Shown here: positions 54,618-64,000 of the stretch, piece after piece | How positions within the stretch are numbered: the stretch's first letter is position 1 | Layout: every line of letters starts with the position of its first letter | Source of the DNA: Bigelowiella natans CCMP2755 | Lineage: Eukaryota > Protista > Cercozoa | Direction of reading: 5' to 3' | Length of the DNA stretch: 64,000 bases | Assembly: GCA_000320545.1 (NCBI GenBank) | Contig: ADNK01000008.1 | Span: forward strand, 1 to 64,000 | Program-made: the position numbers and the translations under genes | The notes under the pieces: generated by a model | Databases searched by the model: none | What the model was told of the DNA's origin: nothing | Seen by the model: the letters and a program-made list of their open reading frames with translations, nothing else

Positions 54618-54929
54618 GTTATATTTACATGGATTATTACGCGTTTGCGTGTACGTGCACGTGCATAACTATGTTTATATATGGCGTACATTAGGTATTT
54701 TGGAGTAGATAAGTCCTATCCATGGGAGGAAATCTTGACGGTTTTCGAGGATGCACTACCATCCTATGAAAAGCCTCCAAGATTCGAGGGTGTGCAGCAC
54801 ACTCCAACTCAATTTGATTTTACTCGAAGAGACTCCCTAGGTGTTAAATTACGGCCCCTAAAAGAAACAATGGGCGATTTAATAGCCTTCTTGCAATCGA
54901 AAGGGGTTTTAATCGGTGAAAGGTCGTGA
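53460..54929 (+). CDS. Extended SDR / NAD-dependent epimerase-dehydratase (DFR/CCR-like), possible mitochondrial presequence
   Basis: VIGGTGYVGSHVV Rossmann motif, VVLTSSGGS, NPNLILGP, IIDVRDLALLHV, ASGR|YFG. Introns at 53504-53574 and ~54444-54693. The leader MVFLSFGWTAQRVARIRNFSGTSRFLTSS is rich in R and S. Confidence 0.88.
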
Positions 54930-55445
54930 TTTCTTGTCCTTTTAATAGACATGGTATAAACTTTATATGTAGTAATGTATAGCAGATACATTGCCCATTA
55001 CTTGAATATGGTAATAATGAATCAGAGTGAGACAGGTTGAATGCAATTAATGATGTACTTCGCATTGCCATTCGAATCTGCCATACTATTAGTCATATAT
55101 GCATACACAATCCACTGGCCCAGTAGGCGGATCGAATCGAAGTAGAAGGCTTAAGCGTCATGTTGCATGGATGCTGCATTACAAAAGGCAACTTGCGAAA
55201 TTGCATAGCTATGCCATAATTTTATGTCGCGTCTATACGTACGTCATTCTACTACTCATTGATCATTTAAATCAGCGGCTATCTCTAGCAGCTTGGTAGC
55301 ATCCGCCCATGCCATCTACCACCTTTATTTCCATTGCTCTATACGCTGAGAGCATGCGCAATATATATAGGCAGATCAAACACATATTGCATGGCGATCT
55401 GCTGCTGCAGGACTAGAGGAGTGATCGATGCGATGCGATATATGG

Positions 55446-55459
55446 GACGGATGTAATGA
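55446..55459 (+). promoter_or_regulatory. Recurrent 3' element GACGGATGTAATGA, copy 3 (downstream of SDR)
   Basis: 14-mer identical to 60130-60143. Confidence 0.5.
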
Positions 55460-55944
55460 TTAATTTTATCAACTAGAATGGTCATCCTAATGTAGCTATG
55501 CAATGCAGCGGCTACAGCGCTTACATTACGATGACACGATATGTACAGCTACTAATAGTATCGTAATAGTCCGTGCTACTATACGTCAACAGAGCGTACC
55601 GCTATGCCCTTATATATATATCCTGAATCTAGACCATATAACATGCAGACAGGCTATATATAGCTCCTAGCTATATGCAGCAGCCACGATATACGATATC
55701 GATGCATGTGCTACTGCACATATGTCTATCAATTAATAACATGTTATTACATACACACATACTAGGCAACACTCATACATGCATAGTATAGATACAAAAT
55801 ACCACGTATTCTGGCTCTACGATATGTTGCTGTGCACAGGTTGCGCAGTTTCAAAACAGATACCCCATGCATGAATGCACGTACGTTGCACAAAAATATT
55901 TCGCAACAAATAAATGAAGGATATCCTTTACAGGGGGGAGAGCA

Positions 55945-56676
55945 TCACATAGCTCCAACTTCTTCTTGCTCGGCTAAGATGGCGTCCATAAGCATCTCAT
56001 CCTCAGCATCTATGAGCGGGTCTTCACCTCCGACTCCAAATTCTAGATGACCGGGATTGGGGACTGGGCTATCAATTTTGTTGTTGTCAAAACCCTGCAT
56101 GTCGTCATCATCGAAGAAAGAAGACTTTTTGTTCTGTGGAGACCAGTCTCCGACTCTATCCCGGCCTTTGTCTACAGCTGGCCGATTGTACTCGTATTTA
56201 TCGGCAGGCTCCTCGAGGCCCAACGAATGTGCCACGTGTGAAACACCTGCCACCTCTTTTCTACCGGCTGGCTTATAGTTTGATAACGGCGATTCAGCAC
56301 TTGCTACAGCCGTCGTCTTGCCCTGATTTGCTCTCTTGAACTTATCAGGATCGAAGCCTGCAGCCTCCGCTAGCTGCGCGTTTTCCTTCAACTTAGTCTC
56401 TATGAGAATTTCGTTGTCTATTTCTTCCATGTCCTTCAGCAAAGCATTTCGCAGAGCCTCATTGTTTTGCTCCGATGTTTCATTTTTACCCTTTCGCTCT
56501 TGCTTTTTTGGTTTCTTCTTCTCTTCCGTTTGACGGCGTTTATTTATGTTTGAATCTGGAAGACAAGTTTTCCTTTAGAATTTCTGTTTCTCAATGTATG
56601 TAAATGACAAGGGTGTGCATCATGCCATGTCAACATAAACATCATTGATGTTTTACGCCAAATACATATAAATATA

Positions 56677-56717
<41 letters not shown>

Positions 56718-57155
56718 AATCTGTATATGTTAAAACATTGTTTGTTGATCAAGTTAAAAAGTATGAAGTGAACCTTGTACTGACTCTCTTTTTGTTTCGT
56801 CTAAGCTGGTGCTTTCTGGTCTGCGCTCTGGCTTCACATCTCCTTTGTTATCCACACTTACACTACTGCTATCCTTGTTTTTTTTATGTTCTTCATTAGC
56901 CCACTTATCTTCTTCTTTTTGCGCTTTTTCGAAAGGGTTCTTCGTTCTCTTCGCTGCGGCCTTAGAGCCAGCCTGTAAGGCGTCGTACTCGTCATCAATT
57001 TCCTTGTTTTGCTCCATTTGCCTCTTCAGGCTAGATTTATTTCCCTCAGTTTCTCTAGGTTTCTCCGAATCCGCAGCTTTGCCATTTATCTGCTGAGAAT
57101 TCTTAGACTCAGCGTCCTCCGGAGAAGCTGGTGGGGACGACGCGCCACATCCCAT
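55945..57155 (-). CDS. Hypothetical hydrophilic protein with dual N-acylation motif MGCGAS
   Basis: Two long open frames (56754-57155 and 55945-~56560) are separated by a (TA)n-containing intron. The protein is charged and low-complexity with an acidic C-terminus, DEMLMDAILAEQEEVGAM. Confidence 0.72.
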
Positions 57156-58056
57156 TGCGAACTATTGATTGTGAGAAAAGGTGCATGAATTAGTTTCTGT
57201 TCGTCCATACTGCAAAAGTAGAAAAGAAAAAGAGGATCAAGTGCGCAGTACGACTACCTTCTCCTAAGATGCAGAGATGAATAAATTAAGTTGAAATAAC
57301 TGGAATGTCTTAACCCGAGCGAATTAAAACAGCTGGGGTCGTGCGGCTGCAGTATCGACTGAGTCAATATTGAGCAACAAGCAACACATTCAATGGATCG
57401 TATTTACTGGTTACATAATTTTTCACTTGGGAAGATGTGTTTGTTGCAGACAAGACGAATGTATTTTCCTCTCTTAGATCATGCGAAGTTAGCATAAAAG
57501 CGAATCAACACAAAACTTCATCACACAGTCTCGAGAGAACTTGGATGCAGTTCACAAGAGGCATCTTTGAAACTCAATCTAGAATTGGAGGTGTGGATTT
57601 TCTTCTCAACACCCCGTGCTTGAGAAAAACGGGCTGCACATTCGAATGTACCAGGAAGCCCTGGATAACCCGAATACCCAATGGGCACGTGGAAAGTCAT
57701 TATTATCTCTACATGATGTACCAGGTCAGTTTCGAGACTAGAATGAGCAGTCCGCGCAGAGCCTGACTCTTCGTTGGCCGGCACAGCGTAGTCCTCTGCT
57801 CGATTGTGTGTGCCACGAGTATGGAGGGATAGACTCTACTGTCGTCGTGAATTCTAAGAAACAAGAAACCTAAACAAGCCTCGGAAACCCTGAACTGAGT
57901 GCGATTATTTGTTTTAGAACAAAAAGTCTTCGCATGTCACATCGGCGTTGCCAAAAAAACGCTTCCTCCCAATCGATACGCCGAATCCTTCACATTTTAA
58001 CCTTGCGACAACCCAAATTTGGAAGTCACAGGTGGATAAAATCCCCACTGCGAGTG

Positions 58057-58080
58057 GTAGATCTAGATCTACACAGATCT
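58057..58080. repeat. Perfect 16-bp palindrome GTAGATCTAGATCTAC plus a third AGATCT, in a divergent promoter region
   Basis: Read directly; same repeat unit as 18362-18379. Confidence 0.8.
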
Positions 58081-58343
58081 ACGCCGGAATTTTGACAGAA
58101 ACGCATTTCATCCCGGCAATACCGGCCCTCCTCGCATTCGGCAATCAATCAATCCTGTCATATGATGTATAGAGGAATTATGAAGTGCGACAATGATATA
58201 TGTTGTCGTAAGAGGATAATGGGAGAGTGGTGGTGTACGCTCAACACACAGACTCGACGGAAGGAGCGGAAGGAGGACGGGGCGGGTCCCTGTGCCGTGC
58301 AAACGGATTTCGCCTCGAGTCTCGCAAGCCGTGCTCGCCGAAG

Positions 58344-59404
58344 ATGATGCGAGATTTGGCCAAAGTATTGGGCCTGAAAAATGCTGCTAATCGAGCACTC
58401 TCTGCCTTGGCCTTAGGTATTCACCAAGGAGTTGGGCAGGGCTTTTTACGTTCGTGATAGCTACAATCATGAACGCTGATGCCTTTGTTCGTAACGTTTT
58501 TAAATTGATGCTTTATTGTATCTCATACACTCAGAAGATGATATTTTTATTATTATTACTCCAAATAGTGGCCATGCTTGCTTTAGCAGCGAACGTCTTG
58601 GGGACGAAGAGGGGCATTAGAAAAAAAAAGGATTGGTTCAACGGATGTCTTCGAAGCGAATCGGGATATCTAGGACAGTCATTGGAAGAAAAGAGATGCC
58701 TAATGATTACAGACAAAATGGAGCCATGTTCATCGCATGCAACGACGAACTTTCCTGTTTGCTGCTGGGTGAAGGCAGGGTCAAAATTGGACATGTTCCA
58801 TCCCGAAAGATTCAACGAAGTTTTTATCTCAAGCGACCAGCTGTCCTTACTGGAAACAAGCCTGCATAACTCTTATGCAGTACTTCGTCCTGGAGGGCAA
58901 ATCATTATCCAACCGGACAAGGGCCTCAAATTTTCGACATCAAATTTGAAGCTGGCAGGATTCATACATGTACGCACGGGTGCGACGGAAACACCGTCCC
59001 GACGAATTATAGGGACAAAGCCAAGTTGGAATGTGAATTCATTCAAACGTTTACTTACCAAAAGTTCCTGGGAAGCACAACCGGAGGAGTCAGCAGTTAT
59101 GATTGACCCGGAGTCATTAATTGACATCTCCCCGAAACCGGATGCCGAGAAAGTCTTGGCCAGTAGCCCACCAGCTCGACGACGCGCATGTGAAAATTGT
59201 GTTTGTGGCAGGAAGGAAAAGGAAGTTCGAGGCGAGCTCGTCGATGAGGAAATTTTTGACAAAAGTGGAAATCTGATACCACCTAAAACCGGTGGGTGCG
59301 GGAACTGTGCACGGGGAGACGATTATAGATGTGACGGGTGTCCTTATAAAGGACAGCCTGCTTTTAGAGTTGTAGACAATATGGTTAAGCTTAAAAATGA
59401 ATAA
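58344..59404 (+). CDS. DRE2: Anamorsin/Dre2 (CIAPIN1) Fe-S assembly protein with an N-terminal hydrophobic leader
   Basis: Methyltransferase-like segment ([17 protein letters not shown]), [48 protein letters not shown]. Exon 1 (58344-58416) joins 58569 through a phase-1 GT-AG intron. Confidence 0.9.
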
Positions 59405-60129
59405 ATTACCGAATAATAGACCTAGAGGCTATACTGCATATTCGATTGTGAAGCATACTCTAGATAGTAGCATAATATGTATGTATCGTTTATCATCTAG
59501 ATCATGGCACAGGCTCAAGCATCATCATGCATCATGCATCGTCATCATCGCGTCCATCATCGCATACCTAGATGCATAGCAGAGTAGCGTTATCGTCATC
59601 ATCTATTATTAATGTTATCATTACACATTAGAATCAGCACACATGACACAGCACATGGTCGCGTCGTATGGTTGTTGTCCCAGCTATTATCATCTAGACG
59701 ACTAGGGCGGTGCGTCTCCGCGAGCTTGTGCGAAGCTACGCTCTGCACTACAGATGTGTAGTGATCACATTGTAGTGGCTGCACAGTATAGATCTAGAGA
59801 TGTTTGCGATGCGATCGATGTGCACCGTCACGCACTAGCTAGCTACTAGACTAGTATAAGTATAGAGATAGCGCTGCCAGCTGGGAACGACCACATCATT
59901 GAAGGTATTGTCATTGTGTTGTGACATGCAGGCCATTGCCATGCTCATATTGGATTTGCTGCCAAAGCACCAACCTAGTAGCAACTTCGCAGCGCTGCTG
60001 ACTCGTCAGTAGCCCATGCTACCGCATCTTGAGGCTAAATAGTCATGCGCACGCTGCGACGCTCTCTAGCTCTGTCTGTACCAGCTAGCCAGGAATAGCT
60101 AGATAGCTACGTGTACACATGATATGTGA

Positions 60130-60143
60130 GACGGATGTAATGA
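60130..60143 (+). promoter_or_regulatory. Recurrent 3' element GACGGATGTAATGA, copy 4 (downstream of DRE2)
   Basis: 14-mer identical to 55446-55459. Confidence 0.5.
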
Positions 60144-60283
60144 AATGTTTAAATTTTTTCAATGATATGTGCACATAGATAGCGTGTGCGTTACATGGTA
60201 CATGATGTGCTCACTCCTTTAAACAACGCAGTAGCTACGCTAGTGTTAAAGGGCGCACGTACAGTTGAAAAGATTTAATCACT

Positions 60284-60297
60284 TCATTACATCCCTC
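60284..60297 (-). promoter_or_regulatory. Inverted near-copy GAGGGATGTAATGA (downstream of WASHC3)
   Basis: 13/14 match to the element on the opposite strand, in sense orientation for WASHC3. Confidence 0.4.
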
Positions 60298-60550
60298 TCA
60301 CAGTTGCATGCGACACTGTCATCGCATACAGCACCATGGTCATGGGTGCAATGAACTTGCATGCTACCGCTACACATGTTAGGCTTGGTTTTGGAAAAGG
60401 ACAAAATACTTGTACAATTTTTAAGTAGCTACGTGTTGTCGATTCGGGATTAGCGCTCTACATGTGTTTGCGCACGTGCGAATTGCTTCACCGGCCTCTC
60501 CTGGATCGCGTGTTTCCTTTGTTGTATCTCTCTGGACTGCTACCTTGTAC

Positions 60551-61040
60551 CTAATCCTCAAATTCATCGTCATCATCCTCCGACTCGCTGTTGCCATCCC
60601 CAACCGTTACCAAGGCCCTAGCATCCGCACTAATTCCGGCAGTATCGACCTGGGGCTTGGAGGCAGCAGCAGCACCACCAGCAGCAGCAGGAGCTGGGGG
60701 AGGCGGAGCCTGTGATGGAGGTGCAGCATCATTTGAAGAAGGCGCGTCTTTTGACTCCGCCCCCGGGGTTAAAGCGTTAGCTGCGGAGGCAGGGCCCTCT
60801 GGGTCGAGGCTCAGGATTTTCTTATCGTAGCCCTCCTGCTGCATTTTCATCTCGATGACTGGTGGGGGCACACCGAGCTTGAGCATCCGGAAGTACTTGA
60901 CGAATCTCGGATCGTCCTTCAGCTTAGGGCCTTGAGAGGAAGAAGAAGAAGAAGAAGAAGAAGAAGAAGAAGAACAACAACAGCATGATGATAGGGGCAA
61001 ATGGCGGTGTTATTATTCTTCTCAACACATCACGATGGAT

Positions 61041-61083
<43 letters not shown>

Positions 61084-61821
61084 TCACGGGCTATTCGATG
61101 TTTGTGTCCTGATGCATCATCGTATATGGCGGGCCTGTTCTCTTTGCACTACTACTACTACCACTATTACTTCTACCACTATTACTACTACTACTACTAC
61201 TACTACCTGCTGGAGGAGCAATAGCTGGTGGTGCAGCTGCTGACTCACCACCGGCTGCTGCCGCCGCTGCTGCTGCTGGGGTCGGTGATGGTGTTCCATC
61301 AGCAGGTGGTGGAGGCAATCCAGCCCCTGGAGGGGGTGGAACACCAGCGCCTAAGTGTGACGCGTGTAAGCACATGTCAATTATTGTTAATCTCCCTCTC
61401 GGATGATGATGATGATTATGATGATTGCACACCCGGAGGATGGTGATTCCGCATGGTCTTTTGGGCATGCGCTACGGAAACATCAAGGGGTTATGCCGAA
61501 GGAGTAGAAAACGCAAAAAACTATTTTTTTTAAAAGAAGACAATGACTGTCAAAACCCAGCACCTGGAGGGGGGGGAACGCCTGCAGGGGGGGGGACAGC
61601 AGCAGCAGCACCAGCATTGTTTTCTCCAGCCGGACTGCTATTGTTCGCGGCAGCAGCAGGTGGTTTGCTGTCGCTGCTGCTACTACTAGGGTGTGATTTA
61701 GCAAGCCAATCGATTGAGTCTAACTTTCCTTCCAAAATTCGGAGCAGAATCTCCAACCTTTTTTTGTTGATATACAGTATTATTCACGAGGGGAGAAATA
61801 ATTTAACAACGAGGGTAAAGT

Positions 61822-61870
<49 letters not shown>

Positions 61871-62659
61871 CAAGATACTCAACGGGTGATCATTCTCGCA
61901 GGGATATGGTACATTATTATTTCAGAATGATTCAAATTCTCAGACAATTAAAAACGAATACAAGGATGTATATCCTCATTATGACTGTTCAAAATTGACG
62001 ACGACGACGACTACTACTACTACCGTTTACATTTTAATTAAAAGCTAATTATCTCTCTGTTCCAAAATCATGATTCGGCCACTACTACTAGCAGACACAC
62101 ACCTTTGAACATCCATTGATATCTTCCCCAACTTCTGTTCGCAATGCACCTGATGTCATAGCCAAAGCTACCACCTTCAGGCCAAGCAAATTTACAATCG
62201 TACACACACAAACAATACACACGCACGCACACACACTCTCTCTCTTTCTCTCACACACACACCAAACTACGTGCGTGCATAATACATGTTACTTATGTAT
62301 TATACTTTAAAATGCCAATCCTATACACCGTGCGAATAATTGAGAAGATAGTATTTACCAGCATCTTATTGACGAAATCCGCAGTCGAAACCACAAAATG
62401 GTTGACGATCATCAGCACCTGAGGAATGGGGTCATGATTTATTCCAAGAAACTCATTATTTCTACTACAATTAGATAAGAACGCTGTCTTCTATAGCACA
62501 AGCACCGATGAACTATTTTGTAAGAAGCGCATAGCGGAGAGGCGTATTGCGTACGGAAAACACGAAGGATCATCTCCACCACACCTTTCTCGACGGAATG
62601 GCCTGGATTTTGTCCAGATTAGGTTGGCTAGGCCCCCTTGGACGCGTCTCGCCCGACAT
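60551..62659 (-). CDS. WASHC3: WASH complex subunit 3 (CCDC53)
   Basis: NLDKIQAIPSRK|VLMIVNHFVVSTADFVNKML|VHCEQKLGKISMDVQR|LEILLRILEGKLDSI, a Pro/Ala-rich linker, KLKDDPRFVKYFRMLKLGVPPPVIEMKMQQEGYDKKILSLDP, and an acidic tail. Confidence 0.87.
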
Positions 62660-62844
62660 CTAACATCGAAGAGGAGAAGGGCATTCATTATCCCTCAAAT
62701 ACTTCACGTAAGTAATAAGTTGCTGCTGATGCTCCTGATGCTGTAGCATTCATCTTCTTCTTTCTCTTGCGCCGACATACACGTACGATACAATATTTGT
62801 GAATTTGAATATCCATGAATGGACCCTCCCCCCCCCCCCCCCCC

Positions 62845-63173
62845 CTATCTATTCACGTATATGTATATCACTTTGCTATCATAAGCTTTGTCCATGATGT
62901 GTGTGCTGGACGCCCCCGGGATCTTATCCGCCCAGTTGTATTGCCTTCCAAGCCATTCGATGTACTCGGAGAACTGAATACACTGAGAAGGAAAACAGCA
63001 AAGAGTCCTCAATTAGTCATCTTCGCCGTCGCGATTGAACAGCAAGAGCATTTCATCATAAAACCACGAAAAGACCTTCCTTCAAATTAACCATGTGTCA
63101 ATCATGTGGGGGAATGCTCATAAGGATATGAGAATAAAGTGTGGATGCACAGCTATGTGTCGCTAAGGCGTTT

Positions 63174-63212
<39 letters not shown>

Positions 63213-64000
63213 CACCATATCACGATTCTTGTCCAAGTCCTCCCTAAGTTGATCTACGGATTTCTGGGTGAGATTGAATTCCGTAAGGGTTTGATGCAAC
63301 TCCATGAAGTCGCAGTTCTTGATGTTGCCACTTCCTGTTGGGTCAAATCGCCGAAAGACGTTGGCTGCCGCTGTGCGCTGCTTTAGCGCTTGCTCGTCCA
63401 GAAACAACTTCTCCCATCTAAATGTAAAACAAGTTTGGTTTGAGTGCACCCAGGTCCTTCGACTTAGTCCGGATTATAATATGGGGAAGGGAAAGTCAAG
63501 TGTGCAACAACACCTGTCGGCTGATCCCCACCAACTTTGAAACTCCTTCAGCTCTATCACGCCACTGTGCAAACAAAATTCAAACGGTGTGAATGCGTAC
63601 AAAATGCGCGCGTGTGCGTTCGGTTTTGTGTACGCGTGTCTAGTTATAGCGGGCATTCTTCAGAATAAGCATTTTAGTCTTTTGCAAAAAATCGCTTTGC
63701 AGGCAGACATTCAAATAATGGCTCTATTTTTAGTAACCTTCCGTCGCTATCGAGCATCAATAATGCGTATTTGATCTCTAAAGTTGGGTAAAAAAATTGA
63801 TGAGTTTATTCAAATGCCATCTCATCCTCCTCTTCCTTTTATATTACTACCGTAGACAAGAAACCAACCTGTCTGTGTAAGCATGTGCCCCAGATTGTAG
63901 CACAGAGCCTGAAACTCTTTCGCATCAATGCTGCCGCTGCCATCCGTGTCAAACTTGTTGAAGACGATCGTAGCTGTACTTACAGAACTGCTCATCTCTC
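62845..64000 (-). CDS. Four-EF-hand calmodulin-like protein (may start at 63995 or beyond the window; may splice into WASHC3)
   Basis: EF loops FDTDGSGSIDAKEF, LDSDG|SGVIELKEF, FDPTGSGNIKNCDF, LDKNRDM|CIQFSEY in phase-consistent exons. Confidence 0.85.

Noticed and set aside
57437-57850. ORFs in the spacer between the MGCGAS gene and DRE2
   Set aside because: No motif and no coherent exon chain on either strand; possibly 5' UTR. RNA-seq is needed.
1-64000. Most ORFs in the supplied track (poly-S/T/I/H/E and [16 protein letters not shown] peptides)
   Set aside because: They are translations of intronic microsatellites or antisense frames of real exons.
1-64000. tRNA, rRNA, snRNA, CRISPR arrays and transposon ORFs
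   Set aside because: I found no recognisable signatures by eye; tRNAscan-SE, Infernal and RepeatModeler would be needed to exclude them.

Overview
Eukaryotic nuclear DNA, intron-rich, with GT-AG splicing and microsatellite-laden introns. By manual splicing I resolve 17 protein-coding genes: MAP2K, plastid-type MiaB, inositol polyphosphate 5-phosphatase, MFSD5/MOT2-like MFS transporter, PHD-CW-ARID chromatin protein, RGS+C2 protein, an orphan with a signal peptide, a two-repeat K+ channel, BBS2, SMARCAL1-like helicase with a GRF finger, Dbf4, centrin-3, an SDR/epimerase, an N-acylated orphan, Dre2/anamorsin, WASHC3/CCDC53, and an EF-hand protein at the right edge. Signal-peptide-plus-transit leaders (MiaB, Dre2) together with ciliary genes suggest a flagellated alga with a secondary plastid, possibly a chlorarachniophyte; this is inference. 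The most notable features are: (i) 16 consecutive genes alternate strand strictly; (ii) a GACGGATGTA(ATGA) element recurs only in convergent 3' spacers, which are also palindrome-dense; (iii) a tandem-duplicated K+ channel of apparently bacterial-type module with two unequal filters; (iv) normally cytosolic or nuclear proteins (Dre2, possibly the helicase) carry secretory-type leaders, suggesting periplastid/nucleomorph targeting; (v) a possible EF-hand-WASHC3 fusion. I recognised no rRNA, tRNA, CRISPR or transposon. All exon structures are hand-derived and several 5' ends are uncertain.
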